64,000 bases of DNA from Octopus sinensis (lineage: Eukaryota). The stretch is taken from contig NC_042999.1 in NCBI RefSeq assembly GCF_006345805.1, forward strand, positions 126,046,001-126,110,000. Direction: 5' to 3'. Positions within the stretch are counted from its first letter, which is position 1; every line of letters begins with the position of its first letter. Shown piece by piece: positions 39,646 to 51,440 of this stretch. The position numbers were made by a program, and so were the translations under genes. A model generated the notes under the pieces. It worked only from the letters and a program-made list of their open reading frames with translations, was not told where the DNA came from and made no database searches.

Positions 39646-39695
39646 TTTGTCAAAATATTTTCGTCGCTAAAATCCGCGACCTGTTCACTGACAAA
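39646..39695 (-). ncRNA. Variant minimal hammerhead ribozyme motif (G3-C8 core, GUGAACA)
   Basis: The minus strand reads TTTGTCA-GTGAACA-G-GTCGC-GGATTTTA-GCGAC-GAAA-ATAT-T-T-TGACAAA. This gives a 7-bp stem I, a 5-bp stem II, GAAA and a palindromic stem III (AATATT). Confidence 0.65.
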
Positions 39696-39716
39696 AATCA
39701 GATGCAGCACGGATTT

Positions 39717-39763
39717 TTGTCAGTGAACAGGTCGCGGATTTTAGCGACGAAAATATTTGACAA
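39717..39763 (+). ncRNA. Mirror copy of the G3-C8 hammerhead variant, one T short at the cleavage site
   Basis: TTGTCA-GTGAACA-G-GTCGC-GGATTTTA-GCGAC-GAAA-ATAT-T-TGACAA. Confidence 0.5.
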
Positions 39764-40112
39764 TTAAACTTAAATGTTGAAGTGAATCGAACGGCTTTTG
39801 TGTGTTTCTTAAATGGCTTATAAACCTTCCACGCTGCAATTGTGTGTGTTATATATATATAATACAGGTGTGCAAGTAGCTTTATTACACAAGAAAGTCT
39901 GCTTCATTATTGTTTATGTAGGTATACGTGTGTGTCTCTGCGTGTATTCTATATACACATGCGATTATGTGTATATGGCTTCGTTCTTATAAAGAAGGGA
40001 CTAAATTCAAAAGCAACGGTTGTTCCATCATCGATATAATTGCTATACACCAAGCTCTTATGGTATTTCCACTGCCTTAGGAATTTAGTATATATGTAAG
40101 TGTAGTTATGTA

Positions 40113-40530
40113 GGCGCAGGAGTGGCTATGTGGTAAGTAGCTTGCTAACCAACCACATGGTTCCGGGTTCAGTCCCACTGCGTGGCATCTTGGGCAGGTG
40201 TCTTCTGCTATAGCCCGGGGCCGACCAATGCCTTGTGAGTGGATTTGGTAGACGGAAACTGAAAGAAGCCTGTCGTATATATGTATATATATATGTATAT
40301 GTATGTATGTGTATGTGTTTGTATGTCTGTGTTTGTACCCCTAGCATTGCTTGACAACTGATGCTGGTGTGTTTACGTCTCTGTCACTTAGCGGTTCGGC
40401 AAAAGGACCGATAGAATAAGTACTGGGCTTACAAAGAATAAGTCCCGTGGTCGATTTGCTCGACTAAAGGCGGTGCTCCAACATGGCTGCAGTCAAATGA
40501 CTGAAACATGTAAAAGAGTAAAAGAGAGAG
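40113..40530 (+). mobile_element. Full-length CORE-type SINE
   Basis: GGCGCAGGAGTGGCTATGTGGTAAG head, GGTTCAGTCCC B-box, CORE segment and tail GGCGGTGCTCCAACATGGCTGCAGTCAAATGACTGAAAC. Confidence 0.9.
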
Positions 40531-40782
40531 TATATACCTAAAGGACTACTTTATCCCACGTGTAAGCATATGGATATGAAAATAAACAGATCAACATACT
40601 TTCGGATAGGTACATAGGATATATGAACAGACAAACACACGTACGCAAATGGGGACTGAAAAACATGATCATATATACACACACACTTTACTTCACACAC
40701 GGACACATATGGAGACACGGATCCACACATATGGAGATGCACACCCATACATATAAACACGGTACATAGTTCCAAAACACAC

Positions 40783-40816
<34 letters not shown>

Positions 40817-41090
40817 CACACACACGCACACACAAGGAGGCAGAGGTCCATACATATACAAACGCACGCGCACACACATACATTAAAACATACACAGACA
40901 AGGACATGCAAGCACACGAATATGCAGAATACATACATACAGATGCACACACATACATATATACATATGCATACACATAAATACATACATACACATGCAT
41001 GCATACATACACACATACATACATACATACATACATACATACATACATACATACATACATACATACATACATGCATGCAGGCATGCATAG

Positions 41091-41128
<38 letters not shown>

Positions 41129-41331
41129 ACACACACTGACCCACACACATGCGCACAAACAAACAAAATGGAACGCAGTGTAAATAACAGAGTCAAGTCT
41201 ATTGAAAAGGTTGCAAGACGCAACGAAAATTTTAGGAAAAGTAAAAGTAAGAAATAAATGGAAATTTTACCGTGAGTGTATTAAATTAATAGGCACAAAA
41301 AGACAATGACTCTCCCCAGACGCAACAGAAT

Positions 41332-41409
<78 letters not shown>

Positions 41410-41428
41410 CACTCAAAATTTGAGTATG

Positions 41429-41475
<47 letters not shown>

Positions 41476-41739
41476 AAATCAAAATAAGCAACAGGATATC
41501 CAGATGTAATACAGTACGATCGTTTCATGCAACTCCATTTAATTGAACAATGCAATCATTACATCAATTTAAAATGCAGACCAATATTCAGCTGCACAAA
41601 TAACATAGAATTTAATTAAATTAGAACAGATGGACACATTAGTATAATTATACTTAAAATCTCCAAGAAGTTAAGGAGATAGACAAAGAACATGCTGTCT
41701 CACTCCAGTTTAGAAGTTACTTACATCCTGCTTATGTTT

Positions 41740-41958
41740 GCTTGCTCGCGGGAACATAGAAGTTCTCTCGTTTCTGTCACCTTCGACCCAACGAAACAGG
41801 ATGTAACCGTTGGGTGAAGTGTTGCACCACAGCGTGGTTGGTACACATTTCGTGAAATGAAGTACCTTTCAAGGACATAACGCACCGAGTGTCCAGAAAT
41901 TGAACACACATTCTTATGACCAAGAGACGAATACCATAACCATTAGGCCTCGCACCTT
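41740..41958 (-). mobile_element. Decayed CORE-SINE
   Basis: Minus-strand tRNA-like head GGTGCGAGGCCTAATGGTTATGG and GTCCTTGAAAGGTACTTCATTTCAC. Confidence 0.6.
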
Positions 41959-42849
41959 CATCACACCACACACACACACACACACGTACACACACACTAA
42001 CGCACAGACACACGCGCGCGCACACAAACACGCGCACATATACACACGAATAAATTTAAGACCTCATTTTCTAAGACCAAATAAAAATTTTCTTCGAAAT
42101 GTGATGGAAGTAAACCCATTGCAATGTGGTAATGCTGATCATACAAATACACACATAATTACATACACACTCATAAATACATACACACATATATATAGGT
42201 ACACACACACAAATACACACATACACACACATATATAGGTACACTCACACATGCAAACACAGGCGGGCGCACGCACACACTTACACACACAAACACGCCA
42301 CACTCATATAACTGTATATGTCTGGACATGTTGCTATTCCTGAAGGTATAGTTACTCAGAAACACACACGTACTCATACAGACACACAAACGCACGCATA
42401 ATAACTCAGATACACATTCACATACCCACCTACATTCACCCAGCCACACATATGTGTGAAGGAATGTGCGAAGATAATTACCGGGTTGAGCGCTGTTATT
42501 TATAGCCAAAACTCCTATAGCTCACATAGCTCATACATCATACAGATGCAGTTTCTCGTTGGGTAAGGCCTAGAACCTACCTAATTCGTGTTTGTTATTT
42601 AATGTTACACTGCAATGAAAACAAAGTTATTTGAGAATATGAGAATATATATACCACAAAACTGACTAGTGGACATTGAACACTGCAGGTTAAGGCATAT
42701 ACATTTAAAATAACTGAAATAATTTAACCCTGCAAACACTTCATTCATGCTTGGAGAATGTATGCAGTGCTTTTAAATGAAACACTTCCGCGATCAGAAG
42801 ATATAAACGTTGCACAACATTAGAGAGACGCTTAAAATTTATTAAATGG

Positions 42850-43090
42850 TGGGTGACTGTGGCAAAACTGTTTAAGGTGAATGGACCTACTGTGAGGAGA
42901 TGCCTTTAGATTGTAGAAATATCAGTTGGGTGAGGGTTTATGCCTTTAGTTGTCAAAGTAATCCTGGATCTGTGGGGTTCCTTCATTAGCCCTAGTTGGC
43001 GGTTCTCCTGTATTAGGAGGACTGCATATCCATGAGTTCAAATACTTTGTATATCATGTATACTTCTGTCTCATTTCGCAGTCTTTTCTT
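42850..43090 (-). pseudogene. Decayed CR1-like LINE 3' fragment
   Basis: The minus strand gives RNETEVYMIYKVFE and GPFTLNSF, resembling the C-terminus of the 63455-64000 element. Confidence 0.4.
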
Positions 43091-43199
43091 CCCACCACTT
43101 ATCAATTTTATGTAAACCTTCACACAAATTGTAAACTGTCTTTGTAATAACCCCCTCATCTGATAACCCAGTGGCAAATAAAAGAATCATCATCATCAC

Positions 43200-44400
43200 T
43201 ATTATTTTTTCCACTACAGGAACAAATCCTCACATTAATTTTTCTTTTTGTAGAGGCAGTCAATTACATCCATCCCAGTACTCAACTGATCCTTGTTTTA
43301 GCGACCCCAAAATCATGAAAGACAAAATCAACCACGGTAGAATTTGATCTCAAAATGTAAAGACTCGGAACAAATGCCGCTAAGCATTTTCTCCGACGCT
43401 CTAACGATTCTGCCAGCTTGCCAGCCTCTTGTCCTTTATAATAATCTCCATTTTCACAGGTATGTACTTGAAAATTGTGAAAATCCCGCCATTTTCATTC
43501 TCTATCACAGTCAGGGATATGCTTATACTATTTTCCTATAGCTATGTTGAGGATACAATTCCTTGTGCGTTCCAAGGACGCTTTATAGCAAACCTTTTAA
43601 GTGTCTTGATGTACCAACTATAAGTCCTTTCCTTGGAATTTGAACCAGTTATCAAGAGAACATTAGGTCCAATTTCATCATTAACTATATCATATCATCA
43701 TCACTTTAAACAGAAAATGGAACCCGAAAACCTTGATACTTTCACTTACTTAAAAACGACATTGTTTGAAGATAAACATAAAGAATAATTAAGAAAATAA
43801 GAAAAAAACAATAAAGAAAATTCTACAATATAACACCTGCATTTGAAGGCGGCGAGCTGCTAGAAGCGTTAGCACGACGGGCAGATTGCTTAGCGGCAGT
43901 TCGTCCGTCTTTACATTCTGAGTTCAAATTCCGCCGAAGTCAACTTTGCCTTTCATCCTTTCGTAGTCGATAAAATAAGGACCAGTTAGGCGGTGGGGTC
44001 GATGTAATCGAATTACACCCTTCACCGAAATTTCTGTCTTGTGCCAAATTTTCAAACTAATATGAAATCTGTGTGGTTAAGAAGCTCTTTTTACAAAACA
44101 AGTGATTTCGGGATCAGTCCACGGCTTCTTAGATAAGTGATTTCTACTGTAGCCTTTGTGAGAAAATCTGTGAGACGAAAGCTGTTTAGAAGCCCATCAT
44201 AAACATATATATGTGTGCATTTTTGTGTTTGTTCCCCCATCATAGGTTAACCGGTGCTGGTTTGTTTACATCTCTGTAAGTTAGTGGTTGGGTAAAAGAG
44301 AACAATAGAATAAGTACTAGACAAAAAAGACAAACTGGGGTTAATCTTTTTAATTAAAACATTCAAAGTGTTGCCCCAGTATGGCTACAGTCAAGTGACT
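43200..44400. mobile_element. SINE group (43200-43430 minus; 43846-44063 plus; 44075-44400 plus, decayed CORE-type)
   Basis: Family motifs as in the other copies. Confidence 0.75.
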
Positions 44401-44409
44401 GAAACAAAA

Positions 44410-44469
<60 letters not shown>

Positions 44470-45033
44470 GTCTTTTTCTTTGTCTTTCTTTCTCTCTCTG
44501 TCTCTGTCTCTCTCTCTCTGTCTCTCTCCTGTCTCTCTCTCTGTCTTTCTGTCTGTCTGTCTCTCTGTCTTCCTCTCTCTTTCTCTCTGTGCCTTTCTCT
44601 GTCTGTCTGTCTGTCTCTCTTTCTCTGTGTCTTCCTCGCTCTCTTTGTGTCTTTCTCTCTCTCTCACACACACACGCACACTCACACACACACACACACA
44701 CACACACAGAATAATGAACGAATGAAAAGACAACAGGAAAGTAAAATGGCAACATAAAAAGAATAATTGAATCTCCTAATTTCTCTCACATGTATTGTTT
44801 TCATGTAATGCAGTTTTGAAGCCACTAAAAGTTTGGTTAATGACATCTTTATTACGATGTGTTTAAAGACTGCAATTGTTGGTTATTTTATGACGGAAGC
44901 TGTGCAACTGAAAGTTGTAAAAGCAGTCACTTTAGCAATATCATCATTTTCTCATTAAAAGATCACCTGTGCATATGTATGTGTGTATATCCAATGCATA
45001 CATATAGACATACATATACATATATATCTGTAT

Positions 45034-45082
<49 letters not shown>

Positions 45083-45294
45083 TGAGAGTGAGTGAGAAAC
45101 AAATACTGCAAGAAAGTAAAAGTTATTACCTAATTAACTGATGAGTTTATTGTAGAAGAAATACACGTTAGGGACAGGACATTACTTGTTAGACTTTACA
45201 TCATAACACCTAGCTATTCTTCTGTACATAAGGGAATAATCGTTTATTTGCTGGACGAAGACTGAATGAGGTACTTAAGCTGTGTATACAAGCA

Positions 45295-45351
<57 letters not shown>

Positions 45352-45499
45352 ACACATTATAGAGGGCATTGCTATACATAGATGCCCTTTAAATAATATA
45401 AATAAATATATTTAAGAGCAAAATTGGTGGGTTTTTCTCTTATGAGGTTTTCACGCTAACTACTTGATAAAATTCTTATAAAGATTTTATCCTACTTTT

Positions 45500-45550
<51 letters not shown>

Positions 45551-46008
45551 TATATATACATACAGACAAGTACGCTGCCAATTTCAGGTACTCTTGTCTG
45601 CAGACGTGTGCCGGATTATCCGCTTTATTCGGATTTCCGGATTTACATGAGGTACATAAAAATAATTGAGGGCAAATTCCTAAGAGACTGTGGCTTGTAC
45701 ACAATATTTCGCTGTTAAACAGTAATGATCCGTCTTTATTCACTCCCTATAAACATTTTTCAAATCCTTTAACTGAAATATGAAGGAATAAATGTTAAAA
45801 CAAAATTCAATGCCTTGTGCTCATCTCCTAAACGCTGGGCCCCTAATCGGATCCACCCAGGAGACGTGACTGTGGAGGGCATATATTTACCTTTTCCTTT
45901 TTCATGCTAGATCATTGCATTCAATGCGGTGAAGGTAAATTATATATTGACTAGTTATTCTGTGTGTGCCTGTATGCCTATCTGTCTGTCTGTCTGTCTC
46001 TCTTTCTC

Positions 46009-46044
<36 letters not shown>

Positions 46045-46287
46045 GGTGAGTGAGAGAGTGAGTGAGAGAGTTCTTTGGACGTTAGCATATGGTGTTAGAT
46101 TTAATTTTAACTATATTCGTCTTTATATTGTAATGTTAAAGTACAGGGAGCGTGTTCCTTCCTTATATGCATGCCGTAAAGGAAGTTGATAATGATCGAA
46201 AGAAATTTAAGTGTCCTCATATAATTATGTTCGAATTAAAAGAGGTACCGGATCATTAGTTACCGAAAGAATCGGTAGTCTCTCTGA

Positions 46288-46356
<69 letters not shown>

Positions 46357-46400
46357 AATCTAGCTAGTTAGCTATTCATATGTACCTGTGTGTGTGTGTG

Positions 46401-46449
<49 letters not shown>

Positions 46450-47149
46450 TATATGTGTGTGTGTGGGTAAGTATATATGTATCTTTGGGTAACAGCATTT
46501 TTTTTTCTCTGAAACGTTATATTAAAAAGACGACCGTGTTCTAATTTAATCTATTGTTATTGACGATTTATCTCCTCTGTGTATCAGACTCTTTTATTTT
46601 GTTTGGAACAATAAACCTTCTAAATCTTTGTTTCATCCTCGGAAAAAAAAAAATTCATTAGAGAAGGCATACTCATGTCGCAACACAAAAGCTGAAGTTA
46701 GCGTATAACATTCACGGGTTACAAATGTAAATTCGATGAATTAGAGCATTCTCACAGTCAAATTCTGGTGTGGAAGTTTGAATGAGCAGAAGCCGTCCAC
46801 AATTACAAGTGCATCGCAAAAGCGAAAGTCACTTCACTTCCTGAAGATGTGACTTCAATAGCTTGGAAAAGTTGATAAAGATGAATTTGGGAACTTCATT
46901 ATTTGGAGGGTACTAATAGGCTCTGGTATGCAGATACGAGAAAACTTTAATAAAAATATATAAAATTAAAACATAGTCGTGTTTTTAATATAACACACAA
47001 GCACATGCAGAGAAGAAAGGTAAAAACATCCCCCACAAATCAAGTGTTAAATACAGAAATAATAAAGAGAAGAAAATGCTCAGTTACTTTTGCATTGAAC
47101 TTGTTCGATGATGACGACAACGACAAATCTATAATCGAAACAATAGAAA

Positions 47150-47555
47150 ATATTGAGTTCAAATTTTGGCACAAAGCCAGCAATTTTGGGGGAGGGGATA
47201 AGTTGATTACATCAACCCCACTGTTCAACTGGTACTTATTTTATCGACTCCGAATGGATGAAAGGCAAAGTCGATCCCGGTGGTATTTGAACCCAGAACG
47301 TAAAGTTGGAAGAATTCCCCTATTTCTTTACTATCCACAAGGGGCTAAACACAGAGCGGACAAACAAGGACAGACAAACGGATTAAGTCGATTATATCGA
47401 CCCCAGTGCGTAACTGGTACTTATTTAATCGACCCCCGGAAGGATGAAAGGCAAAGTCGACCTCGGTGGAATTTGAACTCAGAACGTAACGGCAGACGAA
47501 ATACCGCTAAGCATTTCGCCCAGCTTGTCAACGTTTCTGCCAGCTCGCCGCCTAA
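47150..47555 (-). mobile_element. Dimeric tRNA-derived SINE
   Basis: Same organisation as 10773-11182. Confidence 0.9.
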
Positions 47556-48132
47556 ACAATAGTAGCAAATATTATCTACCGTGAGGCTGGAATAAAAAAA
47601 AAAAAACTTGATAATTTCTTTAAGCCTTTGGCTTATTTTCTACACGAATTTCTATCAAAACATAGTATACCATTTAATTTCGACAGAACAAAAGGATAAA
47701 ATCATAGTACATTGAGAATAGATTCAGATCTGACGATAAAACGAAATGATATAGACTATTATGAAACATCTTGCTTTATTCATGTTTGAAGGCAACAGAT
47801 ATGAAAAATTAACAACTATAATCAGGAAGTAATACAAAAATTTAACGTCCAAGTCAATTTCTAAATTAAACGTTTACCTGATAAAGAATGCGACTTAACA
47901 TTACAATTTTAAATACAAACCAAGAAATTTTTATTGATATCAAAAAATATACAAAAGTAAGATTATAAACGAAGCTAGCAACGAATCGTCATCTATTCGT
48001 ATAAAAGTCCTTTGGCCAGACGACTTAAAGGCCTAACTTGAGAAGATCTGAATGCACCTATATGCATGGTTAGAAACTGGTTCCTTCTCTATCGTCCAGA
48101 CATTTTGTAATAAAACTGAATGATCACACACA

Positions 48133-48201
<69 letters not shown>

Positions 48202-49683
48202 CTGCATATGCTAAATCCACTGTGTTTACACATGCCTAGCTATAAAATTTAAATTTAGGTGTTGCGAACCTTCACTCCTATCCTTAGGTAGGCAGAGATT
48301 TATGGCTCATCTGTTTAGCATCTGGAAAAACCAAATGTAGGTTACAGGGCTATGGATTCTTGTGGCTCTTAACTGAGATCAAAAAGAATAACAGTTTTAA
48401 TAAATAATAAGTATGGCTTGGTATTGTCGTAGTTAATAGCGAACATTTCTTATTAGTTGAAGACAAATGGGTCGAGCAAATAATTATAATATAGATTCCT
48501 ATATAAAACAGAAGTAATGAAATGTGTATGAAATGGGAATATAATGAAATGGGATATAATGCATATGAAGAAAATCAGCTTGAAATTGAGACCGAGCATG
48601 TGTTGTGGCGTCCACTGACCAGCAGCTTATCGTTATTCTAAAGTGTATAACTCATATTTTATTTACTGAACGTATATGATGATGTGCATAACATTTTGAA
48701 TATATTATAGAACAAAATTACAGAGTAGGCACTGGGCTTTAAGAAAAAGGATGGCATCTTGTTGGCTGTTTCTAGAAAAATTTGAATAATACTATAGAAA
48801 GCGTCTTTTATAAAGAATGGAAGGGAATGGAATTTGACTGTTATGGTGTGAAAGAAGTAGTTAGATAAAAACAGGCACAAATTATACACGACGTTATAAC
48901 AACTTGTCATGGCGAATAATTTTGATAACCAAATTAACGAGCAACACTTTAAACTGTCTCTAATACTTATGTTGTTTTATGAATGCAGATCATGAAAAAC
49001 TATAAATTTCCAACCTCATAAAGACCGTCGCTTTGGTAAATTTAGGCTCAAGTCAGTAACTTAACCTCACTCCATTATAACCTTACCTACACGAAAAACA
49101 GGGAAATTATGCTTAGTTTCTTGCAGTCTGTATTTAAAGTGTTCTTTTTTGATTTGGAATTTTCCATTCTCCACCTTATTAATTTGGTTACGTAACTTCC
49201 CTTGCCAAATGAAATGCACGTGATATAAAGTGGGAAAAAAAAACACATTTAAGATTGAAAACAAAACATAATAGCTGTTTATTTGATTTTAGTGATTTAT
49301 TGCGCATAATTTTCTTCTTTGTTTTCATAGGCCAGTGAGCGGCATCACGTATTGCTGGGCGTTTATATGTCGGGAAAATTATAGTTACAATTTGAGATAT
49401 GTGTGCAGATTTATGTAGAAATACAGGCAAATTTACGGGCAAGAGGCGGGTTTTCAAATTGCTTCTGAAATGTATAATATATTACCTGAATGATTTAAGG
49501 AAGGAAGAATGGCAAATAGTTCTGCTGATTACATTTAGGCTCATATGTGCTAATGTGTTTTTTAAAAGAAACCTTAACACCTGTACATATATATAACCAA
49601 TCATGCAAGCATATCTCCGCTTATATATATGTATATACACGCACGCACACATAAAACTCACACACATACATACATAAATGTAT

Positions 49684-49762
<79 letters not shown>

Positions 49763-49785
49763 CATACATACATACATCCATACAT

Positions 49786-49850
<65 letters not shown>

Positions 49851-50235
49851 GTATGTATGTATGTATATGTATATAAATAAACGCAAATATGTTTCAAGCG
49901 TCGGAGAACCTCCAAGCCACTCTGATATGACAAATATGTATTATCGCATGTCTGTGTAAAAGATATTACCCACAATGTTAGAAGTGAAATAATGTTAAAC
50001 AAAACTATATAGATTTACTATATTCCGAAATATAACAAACATAATCACGCTCAAGGTAGGCACCTCAGATCAGCTGCGGAACATACTGACAGAGCTAGAT
50101 ACCCAGACTTTACGTAGGCCTTAAAATAAACGTAATAGAAGGCCGAATAGGCGTGTGAAGTTATGAAATTGAAATGAAGTACGTCTGCAAGGGACAAACA
50201 GCATATATATAAAATATATATATATATATATATAG

Positions 50236-50305
<70 letters not shown>

Positions 50306-50361
50306 CATACATACATACATACATACATACCTACATACTACATACATACATATACATATTT

Positions 50362-50646
50362 GGAGGCGCAATGGCTCAGTGGTTAGGGCAGCGGACTCGT
50401 GGTCGTAGGATCGCGGTTTCGATTCCCAGACCGAGCGTTGTGAGTGTTTATTGAGCGAAAACACCTAAAAGCTCCACGAGGCACCGGTAGGGGGTGGTAA
50501 TCCCTGCTGTACTCTTTCACCACTCTTTCTTCTGTTGGCCTGCTCGCTTAGCCAGCGGGGTGGCGTCATTCAAAGGCTAAAACAATGCGAATGCATTGTG
50601 ACCAGCGATGTGTAACAACATCTGATGGTCTGGTCGGTCACGTGAT

Positions 50647-50653
<7 letters not shown>
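50362..50653 (+). mobile_element. tRNA-derived SINE of a different family
   Basis: A-box TGGCTCAGTGG and B-box GGTTTCGATTCCC, then a long non-tRNA body with no 3' acceptor stem. Confidence 0.8.
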
Positions 50654-50679
<26 letters not shown>

Positions 50680-50939
50680 CATGATCTAAGTTATATGATG
50701 TATAAAACATGTAATATACAAATAAATATCTGTAAATATAAAACAATCCGAATTTCTGAGTACCTCATTTCTTCTAATATAAAATACCTGTACATCATCT
50801 CCAAACCTTCCAATATATATGTATGTATATATTTATATGTATATATATATTATATATATATGTATATATAAGTATATACATATATGTATGTATATATAAT
50901 ATATATATATATACATGTGTGTGTGTGTGTGTCTGTCGA

Positions 50940-51440
50940 GACATGAACGCTGAAATCTTGCGCGGAGTGAGAGGCGTTTGTCTAAATTAAAAATATGTTC
51001 AATGCTCTACTGAATAAGACGTAGTATGCTAATCTCTTCAATAGTACCGACCTGCTAGAGCGCTTACACACAGGTGACGAGAACAAAGAAACGAAGAACA
51101 GCGATTAGCTACGATGCAGAGATCATGAGAAAATCTATACTAAGAATATCATTGCAGGAAAATATCGGAAACGTGGTAATCATCCGAAAATGGAGTGAGT
51201 GAACGGCGTGACCGCCGAATATCGAACAGGCAAGTTCCGCTGAGCTGAACGTTTCACAAGTTTTACTGGCAATTGGTTGAACATGCTGCTGTCTAAGTGA
51301 TCAGGAGGGACTACTCGGAAGATGATAGGAAGACAACATAGCTAAACGGTCTGTGTCCAAATGAAGAAAGGTGGCATAATCAAAGGAAGAATGAGAATGC
51401 ATTGTGACAAGCGATGTATAAGAACGACAACTGGACAGGT
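50940..51440 (+). pseudogene. Highly decayed RTE-like LINE 3' end
   Basis: Frameshifted remnants resemble RW.GH..RM and GRPRK. The 3' part shares 24/26 nt with the tail of the SINE at 50362-50653. Confidence 0.4.

Larger units (their letters stand above)
39510..39840 (-). mobile_element. Fold-back element in TA-rich tract carrying a variant hammerhead; probable Penelope-like pseudo-LTR derivative
   Basis: Inverted arms 39566-39699 and 39712-39840 with a 12-nt spacer and a left extension at 39510-39565. (TA)n lies on the left, and a short (TG)n then (TA)n on the right. Confidence 0.7.

Noticed and set aside
45127-45173. CTGATGA...GAAA motif near a (TA)n tract
   Set aside because: Stem II barely pairs, stem III is not palindromic, and stem I is displaced by about 6 nt; at best a very decayed relic.
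47005-47562. 185-aa plus-strand ORF
   Set aside because: Mostly the antisense of a dimeric SINE.
50362-50435. tRNA-like sequence
   Set aside because: There is no complete acceptor stem and it continues into a SINE body; called as a SINE head, not a tRNA gene.
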